Of a stretch of DNA of 64,000 bases, positions 25,868 through 36,336 are shown one piece after another (the stretch's first letter is position 1; the number at the start of each line of letters is the position of its first letter). Under the pieces are notes generated by a model. That model was not told where the DNA came from, did not search any database, and saw nothing but the letters and a program-made list of their open reading frames with translations. Both the position numbers and the translations under genes were made by a program. This stretch comes from a virus, in the IMG/VR virus record IMGVR_UViG_3300010398_001198, positions 1 through 64,000 of that record; one strand, 5' to 3'.

Positions 25868-28195
25868 ATGGCCGAGACACCCGAAGTCCGCATTAACGTC
25901 AGGCTGGAGCAGGCAACGCAGCAGATCGACCAGTTTGCGCAGGCGCTGAGCCGGGTCGATCAGAAGGCGCGGGGCATCTTTGCGTCACTGCAAAATCTGT
26001 CGCGGCAGTATGAGCAACAGGGCTTTCTCGGCGCCGGGGATCAGCGCACCCTCGAGCGTGGGCTGCAGCAGTGGGAGCGGGCGCGACATCTCATTGAACT
26101 GCGTCGGGCGGGAGCCGCGGCCCGTGTTGCGGAGGTGCAGGCCGGTGATCCGCTCGAGCCCGGCTATGCCCTGCGCGAGGCCAATGCCCTGCGCGCCTGG
26201 CAGCAACTCAACCTACACCGGCAGGGCCTGGCCACCTTGCAAGGGCGGGTGGGCAACCTCTTCGCGGGGGACATCCCTGGGGTGACCAATGCGTGGATCG
26301 CTGGCCCCTCCGCGCTCCGCCGTGCCCACGCCGCGATTTCGCCGACCGGCCCCATTACGCCCCTGCAGTGGGCGCATGCGGATCTCCAACTGCGGCAGCG
26401 CCTACAGACCGAGCGGGGCATGGAACAGGCGCAACTCCTGTCGATCTTTGCGCAGATGGGCGCGCCCGCGTCGCTTGCATTACCCTTTGATCTCATTGAT
26501 GCCGGCCGCAGACGTCGTGATCCCTCTGCGATCATGCTCGGTCGCCGCGGCGGCTGGGCGCAAGCGGCCGCCGCGGGACTGCCGATACCAGAGGTTCCAG
26601 GCCCGCCGCCCACGGCGCGGCTACCGTGGGACCTTATTGATGCGGGGCGTGACATCCGTACCCCTGGGGCACTCGGGCTCGGTCGCCGTGCCGGCTGGGC
26701 GCAAGCGGCCGCCGCGGGACTGCCCCCTCCCCCACCGCCCAACTGGCTGGAGCGGGCCGGCGCATGGGGCGGAGAGGCGATGCCCGGCTTTCTCGCGTGG
26801 GGCGGTCGCATGGCCGGCCGCGTAGGCGGTCTGGCCGCCGGCTACGGCGCCTATCAACTCCTGTCCGAAGGCATGAAGGACTACGAAACGCGCTGGACGG
26901 GCGTCCTGCGCGTGGGCTCGATGTTGGGCGGGCAATATCAGGACCTCGATGCGACGATCACGCGGCTGCGCCGGGACTACAAACTCCTCGCCCAGGAAGC
27001 CGTCGAGGCGATGACCACTATTGGACGGGCCACGGGCGGCGTTGCCGGAATTGACCGGACCATGGCCGTCGGTCGCGCCTACGGCATTGAACCAGGACAA
27101 GCCGCCGCCCTTCACGCCTCCTTTGCGCTCCTCGGCGCCAATGCCGTCCCCGATCTGGGGCGCATCACCGGGGCGCGCAACTGGGCCGTGGGCCGTGGCA
27201 TCGACATGCTGCCAGGAGCCCCCTTCTTGTCGGAAGTGGAAAAGATTGCCCAGGTCGGAGGTCTCGGCTTTGCGCCGCTCGGGGAAGGCCAGTATGGGGC
27301 GTTGGGCGTGCTGATGTCGTCGTTTGGTGGACGGTATAGGGGCGCACCAGGGGCGGCCTATGAGCAGTTTGCCGCCGGGGTGGGCGAGGCCGGCAACCAG
27401 TATAGCGATGCGCTCCGGCAACAGGCGGCGGCTCGGGTGGCCCAGCGCACACCCGTGGTCATGCTCGGGAAGCGTGCGCTCAATATTCGTGACTCCTGGT
27501 GGGACCGCCAGACGGCCCTGGAAAATGCCGCGCAGATCCCGGAAATGCTGGGCGGGCTCTTTGAACAAGTGCAGTTGCAAGGAGGCGGCAATCCCGATCT
27601 CGCCAAGTCCTACTATCAGCTCATGTTTCGCACCCCCAAGCGCTATCAGGCCGGGGTGGAATATGAAGGGCTGCGCAACATTGCCACCACCGAGCCGGGC
27701 GGTATCGAGGCGTGGCTCAGACGGGCGGGGGCGCAGGAAGATACCACGATTGCTCAGCTCTTAGCGGGGCAGCAAACCGGGGCGCAGAAAGGCGTTGACA
27801 TTCGCGAGCGTGCCGCAGCGATCCAAGCGTTGGGCGAAACAGGGGTGATTGCGGACCTGGAGAAATACCGCACCAACCTGCAAAAAACCATTGGGGTGAT
27901 GGCTGAGGCCGCTGGCCCGATCGATGCCGTCACCAAAGGATTTCAGGAACTCGATCCAGCTATCCGGCGCTCCATCGGGGCGTTTCTCATCATCGGTGGG
28001 CTCATCTCCCAAAATCCGGCGCTCATTGGCGGCGGCGCGGCGGTGGGCGCAGGTCCCGAGGTGACCGACTGGCTCGGCGACCTCCTGACGCCCAGTGTAC
28101 CGTTCAGGCCCGAGGCGCAGCAACGCCGGCCTAATCCGTGGATAAGCCCACGCCAGCCCGAACCTGGAGCGACCTCGCCGCGCACCACCAAGTAA
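25868..28195 (+). CDS. Tape measure protein
   Basis: 775 aa, Ala/Gly-rich helical, follows tube. Confidence 0.7.
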   Translation: MAETPEVRINVRLEQATQQIDQFAQALSRVDQKARGIFASLQNLSRQYEQQGFLGAGDQRTLERGLQQWERARHLIELRRAGAAARVAEVQAGDPLEPGYALREANALRAWQQLNLHRQGLATLQGRVGNLFAGDIPGVTNAWIAGPSALRRAHAAISPTGPITPLQWAHADLQLRQRLQTERGMEQAQLLSIFAQMGAPASLALPFDLIDAGRRRRDPSAIMLGRRGGWAQAAAAGLPIPEVPGPPPTARLPWDLIDAGRDIRTPGALGLGRRAGWAQAAAAGLPPPPPPNWLERAGAWGGEAMPGFLAWGGRMAGRVGGLAAGYGAYQLLSEGMKDYETRWTGVLRVGSMLGGQYQDLDATITRLRRDYKLLAQEAVEAMTTIGRATGGVAGIDRTMAVGRAYGIEPGQAAALHASFALLGANAVPDLGRITGARNWAVGRGIDMLPGAPFLSEVEKIAQVGGLGFAPLGEGQYGALGVLMSSFGGRYRGAPGAAYEQFAAGVGEAGNQYSDALRQQAAARVAQRTPVVMLGKRALNIRDSWWDRQTALENAAQIPEMLGGLFEQVQLQGGGNPDLAKSYYQLMFRTPKRYQAGVEYEGLRNIATTEPGGIEAWLRRAGAQEDTTIAQLLAGQQTGAQKGVDIRERAAAIQALGETGVIADLEKYRTNLQKTIGVMAEAAGPIDAVTKGFQELDPAIRRSIGAFLIIGGLISQNPALIGGGAAVGAGPEVTDWLGDLLTPSVPFRPEAQQRRPNPWISPRQPEPGATSPRTTK

Positions 28196-28207
28196 GAAAG
28201 GCACAGT

Positions 28208-28720
28208 ATGCGTGCACCACTCGACCATACCTACACCATTGACGGGCAACCCTACCGGCTGCGCGAAGCGCTCTTTGAGGGCCAGCGCCGTATTGCCCAG
28301 CACTACGCCATGGCCCTCACCGTGGCGACGCCCTTGGTGGACCCGGCCACCGGCCAGCCGTTGATCGTGGGCGAAGCGCTCTGGAGCGCGTACGCCCGCA
28401 CCTTGGAACAAATTGATGGGCAGAATCTCTATGCGAAGGCCGTGACGCAGGAATGCCTGGTCGAAGCGCCCGACTTCTGGTGGAGCAGTGGCCCGGCTGT
28501 GGCGGGCACGAATGGCACGCCGCCACGCGTCCTGACGTTTGCACAGGTAACGCCGGCGGTCTGGGGGGCGCACCGCCAGGAGGTGGACACCTTCCTCCAG
28601 GCGATATTTCGCGCTGACAACCCGGACGATGCACCAGCACCTGGCGGACGCCCGGACGAGCCGGCAATGGTGGCGCTTCCTCAAACTGTTCCCGCAGTGC
28701 TGCGGGGTCGTGCCGAATGA
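28208..28720 (+). CDS. Putative tail assembly chaperone
   Basis: Size and helical character; paired with following small ORF. Confidence 0.4.
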   Translation: MRAPLDHTYTIDGQPYRLREALFEGQRRIAQHYAMALTVATPLVDPATGQPLIVGEALWSAYARTLEQIDGQNLYAKAVTQECLVEAPDFWWSSGPAVAGTNGTPPRVLTFAQVTPAVWGAHRQEVDTFLQAIFRADNPDDAPAPGGRPDEPAMVALPQTVPAVLRGRAE

Positions 28721-29045
28721 GCAGGCCCTGACCATGAGTCAGTGGCTCTGGGTACAGTGCCAGATGCTCCTCGATGACGGTGTGCAGGCCTGTGCCCAGT
28801 GTGATGCCCTGAGTACGAGCGCCTTTTGCCCGTCCTGTGGGGCGCGCTTGCAACCGGATATGCTCCCCTGTGACACCTGCGGGGCGCTCGGGGACAGCGC
28901 CTTTTGTGGCGCGTGTGGCAGCGTCCGGCGCAGCCAGGTGGAAGAGGCCGTGCTGGCTGGCTCCTTCGACTGGGATGCCTGGGCCAAGAGCTTGACGCCT
29001 TTTCTCGGTCCGATGACGGCGCAGGAACGCGCCTTGCTGGAGTGA
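28710..29045 (+). CDS. Small protein with double zinc ribbon (possible chaperone T-like)
   Basis: LTMSQWLW...CAQC..FCPSCG..CDTC..FCGACG; start uncertain (GTG near 28710 or ATG 28734). Confidence 0.5.
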   Translation: MPNEQALTMSQWLWVQCQMLLDDGVQACAQCDALSTSAFCPSCGARLQPDMLPCDTCGALGDSAFCGACGSVRRSQVEEAVLAGSFDWDAWAKSLTPFLGPMTAQERALLE

Positions 29046-29049
29046 CGCG

Positions 29050-31143
29050 ATGCCGCAGAGTACGGCGACGCAGTGTACGATCCGCTTTCTCACGCCCAGT
29101 GGCAGCCGCTTCACCGTGAGCAGTGGCCAGGCCGCCGATGGCGCGCTGCGCGCCGTGGAGACCCACAAGGACCTGCGCGAGGCCGTGGGCTCGTTTAGCT
29201 TGCACTTCGATGGACGTCCGGACCACGAAGGCCGGCGCTGGCATGAGCGCATTCCCAAGCGCACCCTGGTGACCATCGCCATGACGCGCCGGGGCCATCC
29301 CACGCTGCCGGATGTGAACCCCATCGTCATGCTGGGGCTGACGGACGATCACGCCGTCGAAGAGAGTTGGGGCGAGGCGCAACCCCGCCGCATGGTGCAT
29401 GTGCATGGGCGCGAGCTCGCCGCCCTGCTCCTCGACGCCACGCTGTGGTTTCATCCGGCGCTGGCCGACAATCCCCACTACGGGACGCTGAGCCTGGAGA
29501 GCGCGGAGAAGGGGCTGCAAGAGTTGGCGCTGTTTTATCATCCCGATCTGGCCAAGGGCGGGGAGGATCCCCGCGCCACCCTCTCCCGCATTCTCGACTA
29601 TTTTCTCTATGTCGGTGGCAGCGCGGTGGTGCCGGTTGGTCAGCCCGGCGCCACCAAGCTCCCGGTGATGCAGGTCGAACTCCCCGATGGACTCGCCATC
29701 AGCGACGTGCTCCAGAAAAACGAGGCTACCTGGAACACCTTTGAGCCGGTGACGGTGCCCATGGTGCATTTTCCCATCGAAGTCAGTAGCGTCTGGAACT
29801 ACCTGCATCTCTATATCGACCGCACCTTTCAGGAGTTCTTTAGTCGCGTCGAGGATGGGGTCTGCAAGCTGTTCTTTCGGGGCAGACCGTTCAGCCATAC
29901 CCAGGTCGCGAGCGGCACGCGCTTTAAGCCGACCACCCAGGAGCCCACGCTGCACACCCTGACCCTCAGCGAGGCGGATATCGTGTCGCTGAGTGCCCAG
30001 GCACAGACGGCGAATGTCTATAACGTCTTTATGGTATCGCCGCTCAACCTGACAAGTCTCTTTAAAGACCCCAACCTGCGCTACAACATCTTGCCGGCGA
30101 TGATTACCGATCCCATGCATCCCTCCTTTATCGGGCGCTACGGCTTGCGCGTCATGGAAGTGCAGTCGCAGTATCTCTCGCCCCTCGGCTTCCAGCCCGC
30201 CCCTGGCACACGGGGCGCGCCGCTCGACGGGACCCCCGCCGGCGAAGCGCTCTATGCCCCCATGGCCAACAAGATCGCGGCGGAAGAAGGGCTCCCAGCC
30301 GCGCTCCGTCCGTATTTTGTCGCCCTCATTCGGTGGGAATCTTCCTTTAACCCCAACGCGCAAGGCAAGGTCCTTCGCAGTCTCAATCAGGCGCAGGGTA
30401 TCGCGCAGTGGGTCGCGCCCTATCCCGCAGGGGTGGGGCTCACGGATCCCATGGACCCGGACAATGCCTTGCGGGCGGCCGCCCGCTACTGGCAGCAAAT
30501 GCGGGCACTGCCGTATATTCGCGATAACCCCGACCTGCTGGTGGCGGGCTATAACGCTGGGCCAGGCGCGGTGCACCAGTACGGGGGCGTGCCGCCGTAT
30601 CAGGAGACGCAAAACCTGGTGCGCAAGGTGCAAGCCTCGGCGCCGAACTACGCGGGGCTCGCCGGGGTCGCCACCGATCCCGATCAGCCGGCACCGCCGG
30701 TAGGGGCCTATACCCCGATTGAAAAGATGGCGGATCTCCAAAATATCATAGGGGATGCCACGCACTGGGGGGAAATTCTCCTGGCCTGGTACGACATGGG
30801 CGGCGAGCTCTTTGGCGGCACGCTGGTGGTGCGCGGCCATCCGGCCTGGAACGTCGGCCATCGCCTCCTGGGCCGCGACCAGCAGGGGGCCTGGGAAGCG
30901 TACATCGAGGGCGTCGATCACCGCTTTGACATGCGCACCGGGCAATATCTGACCCTTCTCCGGTTGACGCGCGGCTGGTATCTGTCGGCAGCGTATGCCT
31001 CGCGCCTGTGGCGTGAAGGTGCCACGACGATTACGGCAGCGCAGGGCGGACCGCCCTCCCCGCCGCCGGCACCACTACGGGGGCGTGTGCATATTGAGGG
31101 GCTGGAAGGGTTCACGGAGCCACCTGCGATACCCACTCCCTGA
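29050..31143 (+). CDS. Baseplate hub protein with inserted soluble lytic transglycosylase domain
   Basis: ALIRWESSFNPNA...AQGIAQW...AGYNAGPGAV..YGGVPPYQETQN.V SLT motifs inside hub-like protein. Confidence 0.85.
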   Translation: MPQSTATQCTIRFLTPSGSRFTVSSGQAADGALRAVETHKDLREAVGSFSLHFDGRPDHEGRRWHERIPKRTLVTIAMTRRGHPTLPDVNPIVMLGLTDDHAVEESWGEAQPRRMVHVHGRELAALLLDATLWFHPALADNPHYGTLSLESAEKGLQELALFYHPDLAKGGEDPRATLSRILDYFLYVGGSAVVPVGQPGATKLPVMQVELPDGLAISDVLQKNEATWNTFEPVTVPMVHFPIEVSSVWNYLHLYIDRTFQEFFSRVEDGVCKLFFRGRPFSHTQVASGTRFKPTTQEPTLHTLTLSEADIVSLSAQAQTANVYNVFMVSPLNLTSLFKDPNLRYNILPAMITDPMHPSFIGRYGLRVMEVQSQYLSPLGFQPAPGTRGAPLDGTPAGEALYAPMANKIAAEEGLPAALRPYFVALIRWESSFNPNAQGKVLRSLNQAQGIAQWVAPYPAGVGLTDPMDPDNALRAAARYWQQMRALPYIRDNPDLLVAGYNAGPGAVHQYGGVPPYQETQNLVRKVQASAPNYAGLAGVATDPDQPAPPVGAYTPIEKMADLQNIIGDATHWGEILLAWYDMGGELFGGTLVVRGHPAWNVGHRLLGRDQQGAWEAYIEGVDHRFDMRTGQYLTLLRLTRGWYLSAAYASRLWREGATTITAAQGGPPSPPPAPLRGRVHIEGLEGFTEPPAIPTP

Positions 31144-31157
31144 GAAAGGATGCGCGC

Positions 31158-32036
31158 ATGCGTGAAGCGGGCCTGCCCCCATTGATGGCGGATAGCTACG
31201 GCGAACGTCGCCTCCTCACCGCGTCGAAAGGCGTCGTGCGCGCCGTGTATCCTGACGAGTGGCGCGTCGATATTGAAACCGAGGACGGCTCCCGCCTCAA
31301 CCACATCCTGGTCGTGGGGCCCTATCTGCCGGAAGTGCACGTGGACGCCGAGCAGCCGTCCCATGTGGGCTATATCTATACGCGCAGCGTGGCCGATGCT
31401 TACTGCTGGCCGATGCCGGCGCGGCGCCTCCTCGGCAGTCACGATAGCCCGACCGGGGACAGCGGCGACCAACCCGAGCGCCGCTTTTATCATACGCATC
31501 ACTACATCTTTCGCTCCGGAGATGTGACCGTGCGCATTACCCGTGACAACCGCCTGGTGTTCGAAACCGAGCAAGGCGACTATATCCAGCTCGATACCAA
31601 ACGCCGCGAAGTGCGGATCCAGGCGCCCACGGTCTATGTCGGGCAGACGGAAGGGAGCCGCATCGAGTATGAGCGGGATGACTCGATCCGGGCCTTTGCA
31701 CCGCTCATCCTCATCGGCACCGAGCTGGGCGACAGAATCGAATTTCGAGACGGGGCAGAAATTACGCTCCAAGCGCCCTTCATCAAGCTCACGGCCTCTG
31801 AGGTCGTCATTGATCCCGTCACCATCAAGCTCGGCAACGAGAATGCCTCTGAGCCGCTGGTGCTGGGGAATCAGTGGTTGGCGCTGTACAATGCTTTCAT
31901 AGCCTTGTTCAATGCGCACCAACATACGAATGTGCAGACCGGCGGCGGCGTGTCCGGGCCACCGCAGACCCCCTCGCCCGGCATGACGGATGCGCAGTTG
32001 TCGGATATCGCTTATACCTCGAAGGACGGCCTCTGA
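31158..32036 (+). CDS. Baseplate spike (gpV/gp45-like)
   Basis: N-term OB-like, beta-helix, C-term FNAHQHTNV...SGPP. Confidence 0.8.
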   Translation: MREAGLPPLMADSYGERRLLTASKGVVRAVYPDEWRVDIETEDGSRLNHILVVGPYLPEVHVDAEQPSHVGYIYTRSVADAYCWPMPARRLLGSHDSPTGDSGDQPERRFYHTHHYIFRSGDVTVRITRDNRLVFETEQGDYIQLDTKRREVRIQAPTVYVGQTEGSRIEYERDDSIRAFAPLILIGTELGDRIEFRDGAEITLQAPFIKLTASEVVIDPVTIKLGNENASEPLVLGNQWLALYNAFIALFNAHQHTNVQTGGGVSGPPQTPSPGMTDAQLSDIAYTSKDGL

Positions 32037-34807
32037 TGCCTCTGCCAGCGAATCAAGTCCATCCATCCATGCAAACAGCGGCAGAGCCGTTCTTTCCAAA
32101 CGGAACACTTCACGCTGGGGTGTACACATTGGTCTTCCGCGTGCGCCGCATCCGCGATGGACGCTTATTGCGCGAACACCGCCTCATCAACATGCCCGTC
32201 CGGATCACCGTCTCCACCGAGGTGCGCACAGCGGTGTACTATACGAAACAAGGGCCAGTCGCGGATACGCCACTCGGTGGAGGCGTTGGCATGACGTATT
32301 TTGCGATCACGGGCCATACCGGTATTGCGGGGGTACGGAACAATGGCCGTACCCTGGCGGCGACGGTCGGTCTAGAGTCGCCCGCGCTCCAGGGCCCACC
32401 GCTGCCACCGGGGAGTAGTCTCATTGACGGCGCGGCGGCCATTAAAGACCTGCAGGACATGATCTTCAGTTACTTTTTTCCGCAGGGCTCCCCACCCCTG
32501 CCGGGCGTCACGCATGCGCAGGACCTCCAGCTTGAATTTCTCAACCTGACCGCCCCGACCTCGGCCCAGGACCGCACCGGGCGTGTCGGCTGGATTATTC
32601 ATCCGCACCGCAACCTCGTCGATATCCAGCAAGAGGCTCCCAAACCGTTTCTCTATACCTACACGCTGCAGTTTCCCGCCCTCGGCTCGACCAACAAGCA
32701 GATCCCGGATCGCTTTGTACGCGAGTACACCGATCCGACGAGTGGGCTCGGGCCGGTGCAGCGCCACCTGGCCGATGCCCTCGCTCCCATTCCCGCCACC
32801 GCTGCCCTGGGCGGCCTGCGTCTGCCCACAACCCCGGCTGCCCTGACGACCTTCCTGGCGCAGCCTACGGCGTTCTTGGTCGCGGCCACCGCCGAGGTGC
32901 AACGGCTCAATACGATCCGGGCAACGGCCCTGAAGATGCTGGACGAGCAGACCGTCAAGGCGATGCGGCCCTTCCTGGCCGGCGTCCAGGGCCTGAGCAC
33001 GGCGGTGCATGACTTTGTAGGCGGGATTGCCGCGACGATCCGCTTTCCCCTCTACGCCAAGCAACAGGTCGGGGCGGCCTTTGGCACCGCCCTCGATCTG
33101 CCGAGTTACTCCGTCGCCACGCTGAAAAAGGCTGCCCAGGACCTCACGCATCTCTTCGATATCGCCTCGGAGGCGCGGGCGGTCAGTGGACTCAACGCGG
33201 GCGAGACGCTGAGCAGTGGTGTCAATGACCTGCTCACGCTACGCCTGAATGACGAGCCCCCGGTCACCCTGGCCCTCGGGACGCTGACGAGCGGCCCCGC
33301 CATCGCCGCCGCGATCCAGGACCAGATCCGTGCGCTGGCGCCGACCGTCCCAGGCAACGCCAGCGCCTACCGCGACTTCACCGCGACCTTTGCGGATGGC
33401 CAGTACCGGCTGGTGTCGGGGACCCAGCATAGTGATGCGGCCCACGTTGCCGTGGTGGTGAGTCCGGATCCCGACCTGACCCCCGGCGATGCCAGCGGAG
33501 TGCTCGGTCTGGGCCTCGCCCACGGCGGCCAGGAACAGGCCGGCAGTGCCGCCGCCAATGACGCGATCGCCCTATTGCGGGGGGTGGAAGACGCCTGTAC
33601 GCATCTGCTGGCGTTCCCGGACTATTTTGCCGACCAGTTGGACGCCCAGGATGCGCGCCTGGCGGCCCTGCTCCCCCCAGGCTCCAGTCGTCCGCAGATC
33701 AGCGGCGACCAGCACATGCAGGAGACCATCATTACGCCGGGCGACAGCCTGCAAGGCATCGCGGCCCGGGTGGGCGTCGACTGGCAGAGCCTGGCGCTGG
33801 TGAACCGCCTCACCTATCCCTATCTCCTCGAGGAGCCGACCACCCTCCTGCGCGGACGCGTCAGTAGCGCGACGCACTGGAGCCTCAGTGATACGAGCCA
33901 GACGTGGCCGGTGAATGCCTACGAGGGACAACGTGTCGATATTGTGGGGGGGATTGGGGCGGGCCAAAGTCGGCGCATTCTCCAGAACACGGCCACGGCG
34001 CTGGTGGTCGATCCGGCCTGGGAGGTGGTACCGGAAGATATCTCGCATTATGCCATTCGCAGTGCGGAGAATCCGGTGGTGCTGACCGGGACCGTGAGCA
34101 GCGCCACGGCCCGCACCGTGACCAATGGGGCGCTCGCCCTCGTGCCGGATAGTCAGCGCGGCCTGACGCTGGTCCTCACCAGTGGGGCGACCGCAGGGGA
34201 GCGGCGGCGCATTATGGCGCATGACCAGACGACCTACACACTGGACCACGACTGGGACGTGATCCCGCCCGGCGGCACGCTCTACCTGCTCTTGGGACCA
34301 GGCCAGGCCACCCGTCGCCAACTGGTCGTGGGTGACCGCCTGAAAGTGCCGCAGCCCAGCGCCCAGGCCGTGCTGCCCCTGCGCAGTCGTCTGGCCGATG
34401 TGAGCGCCATCACCGGACGCCAGGTCAGCCTCGAAGAGCAACTCTTTGGGCGGGATCTGCTCCTCCAGGACGGGGCGCTGGTCTATGATCCGGCACGGGG
34501 GGATGCGGTGAGCATCGCGGGGCTGGACAACTTACGCGCAGCGCTCATCCACTATGTGAACCTCCCCATCGGGGAACTGGAATACCAGCCCGGCATCGGC
34601 TCATACCTTCAGGAAGAGTTAGGCTTGGTCGCGACTCTGCCCTTGGAAATTCAGGTCCTGAGTTCGCTGGAACGGACGATCCGGCAAGATCCTCGGATCG
34701 CGGCGATGGCCGGCGCTCGCATGCACACGCAGGGTGGTGTCACGCAGATTGCCTTTGGGGCCACGGCGATTACGGGGGCTTCGATAGAACGCGTGGTGGT
34801 GCGCTAA
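32036..34807 (+). CDS. Multidomain baseplate protein: LysM + repeats + gp25-like C-terminus
   Basis: TPGDSLQGIAARVGVDWQSLALVNRL (LysM); GLDNLRAAL...GELEYQPGIGS...IRQDPRI (gp25-like). Confidence 0.75.
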   Translation: MPLPANQVHPSMQTAAEPFFPNGTLHAGVYTLVFRVRRIRDGRLLREHRLINMPVRITVSTEVRTAVYYTKQGPVADTPLGGGVGMTYFAITGHTGIAGVRNNGRTLAATVGLESPALQGPPLPPGSSLIDGAAAIKDLQDMIFSYFFPQGSPPLPGVTHAQDLQLEFLNLTAPTSAQDRTGRVGWIIHPHRNLVDIQQEAPKPFLYTYTLQFPALGSTNKQIPDRFVREYTDPTSGLGPVQRHLADALAPIPATAALGGLRLPTTPAALTTFLAQPTAFLVAATAEVQRLNTIRATALKMLDEQTVKAMRPFLAGVQGLSTAVHDFVGGIAATIRFPLYAKQQVGAAFGTALDLPSYSVATLKKAAQDLTHLFDIASEARAVSGLNAGETLSSGVNDLLTLRLNDEPPVTLALGTLTSGPAIAAAIQDQIRALAPTVPGNASAYRDFTATFADGQYRLVSGTQHSDAAHVAVVVSPDPDLTPGDASGVLGLGLAHGGQEQAGSAAANDAIALLRGVEDACTHLLAFPDYFADQLDAQDARLAALLPPGSSRPQISGDQHMQETIITPGDSLQGIAARVGVDWQSLALVNRLTYPYLLEEPTTLLRGRVSSATHWSLSDTSQTWPVNAYEGQRVDIVGGIGAGQSRRILQNTATALVVDPAWEVVPEDISHYAIRSAENPVVLTGTVSSATARTVTNGALALVPDSQRGLTLVLTSGATAGERRRIMAHDQTTYTLDHDWDVIPPGGTLYLLLGPGQATRRQLVVGDRLKVPQPSAQAVLPLRSRLADVSAITGRQVSLEEQLFGRDLLLQDGALVYDPARGDAVSIAGLDNLRAALIHYVNLPIGELEYQPGIGSYLQEELGLVATLPLEIQVLSSLERTIRQDPRIAAMAGARMHTQGGVTQIAFGATAITGASIERVVVR

Positions 34808-36315
34808 TGCCCTTAACTATCCTTCCGAAGGACCACATATTATCGAATGAAGTCAGCTATGTGCTCGCGGGCAATATCGTCAATGACATTAACAACATCT
34901 CCGTCTTGCGCCAGTTCCTGGAAGCGGATGCGGCGAGCCTGGCTGATCTCTACTACGCCCTTTATACGACGGTGCAAGGATGGTTCATCAATGCTGCTGA
35001 AGGGATTGATCTCGATATCCGCGGGCGGGATATGGGCCTGGCGCGGGATGTCGGTCAGGCCGCCTCGGACCTGGTGACCTATACGCCCCTTGCGACCTGG
35101 GTGGATGACATCCCATTGCCTGCCCCACTTGTGGTGCAGGCCACCCTCGCCGATGGCACCCAGGTCCTCTATCGCTCCCTGGGGGATCTCGTCCTCACGC
35201 CCTCGGGACGCAGCATCAGTGGCCAGGCCCCGGCCACCAGCCTGACCGGGGGGACCAATGACCATCTCACCCTCAACCTGGATAGTGATGGCGCGCAAAC
35301 CATCTTCCTGGGCACGCAGACCACCGCGACCGGCATTGCGGCCGCGATCCAGGCCGCCGTCCGCGCCTTGACGGCGGTGTATCCTAGCAACCAGCAGGCC
35401 TACACCGGCTTTCGCTGCGATTATGGCGTGACTACGGCGGGCGCCTACACCCTGAGGTCAGGCAGTGCGGGCTCATCGACAGCCGTCGTGGTCACGGTGG
35501 CGGCGAGTCTCGACGCCTCGCATGTCCTCAAACTCGGCCTTACCCAAGGGGGGATCGAGACAGTGGGGCAGGACGAGCTCGCCGTCCCTGTGGTCTGTGA
35601 TCAGATTGGGGTCATTGGCAATGTGGGCGCCGGCCAGATCAACACGCAGGTAAGTGCCGTTACGGGTATTGACCATATCGCCAATCCCCTCATGGTTGCG
35701 AATGGCCGCGAACCGGCGAGTGATGACGCCTACCGGCAGGATCTGCGCTCGTATCTCCTGGCGCTGGGCCGCGGGACCCAGGATAGTGTCGAGCGGGCCG
35801 TGGCGCATACCGTCAGCGCCGATGGGCAGATGCACGTCATGTCCAGCCAGGTGGTCTATGGCGCAGGGACGATCCAGGCCTATATCTGCGATGGCCGCAG
35901 TCTCACGGTGGGCGCGCAAACGGATGTGATTCAGGACGTGCAGGATGAGTTGGACGGACTCGGGCAGGAAGTCGGCGGCTGGGTGCCGAGCGGCAACGCG
36001 GCGGGCGTGGTTTCCGCCAATATTCTCACCGTCAACGTCAATGTGACCGTCACGGTCGGCCCTACGCCGGACCTGGTCAGAGCCCAAGCGGCCATCGCCA
36101 CCGTAATCTACCAGACGCTCTACCAGTGGGGTGTGGGCCAGAGTCTGTCCTATGCCCAACTGACTACCAGAATTGATGCGGCGGTGGCGGAAGTGTTTGA
36201 TGTGGTGTTTACGCTGCCCGTGGCATGGACGACCGCGCCGCCGCTCGCCATCGGCGGGGCCATCGGGCAAAAAGTGATGCCGGGGGCCATCGCCGTGCAG
36301 GTCGTGCGGGCGTAA
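34807..36315 (+). CDS. Baseplate J-like protein
   Basis: AEGIDLD.RGRDMGLAR; GNVGAGQIN; GREPASDDAYRQ.LRSYL. Confidence 0.85.
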   Translation: MPLTILPKDHILSNEVSYVLAGNIVNDINNISVLRQFLEADAASLADLYYALYTTVQGWFINAAEGIDLDIRGRDMGLARDVGQAASDLVTYTPLATWVDDIPLPAPLVVQATLADGTQVLYRSLGDLVLTPSGRSISGQAPATSLTGGTNDHLTLNLDSDGAQTIFLGTQTTATGIAAAIQAAVRALTAVYPSNQQAYTGFRCDYGVTTAGAYTLRSGSAGSSTAVVVTVAASLDASHVLKLGLTQGGIETVGQDELAVPVVCDQIGVIGNVGAGQINTQVSAVTGIDHIANPLMVANGREPASDDAYRQDLRSYLLALGRGTQDSVERAVAHTVSADGQMHVMSSQVVYGAGTIQAYICDGRSLTVGAQTDVIQDVQDELDGLGQEVGGWVPSGNAAGVVSANILTVNVNVTVTVGPTPDLVRAQAAIATVIYQTLYQWGVGQSLSYAQLTTRIDAAVAEVFDVVFTLPVAWTTAPPLAIGGAIGQKVMPGAIAVQVVRA

Positions 36316-36336
36316 CCGCCGGGGAAGGAAAGACCC

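Noticed and set aside
28681-30945. 754-aa minus-strand ORF
   Set aside because: Antisense shadow of the hub/SLT gene in GC-rich DNA.
22195-36315. Stand-alone extracellular contractile injection system or tailocin
   Set aside because: Capsid, protease, replication and repressor genes are present, so this is a phage.
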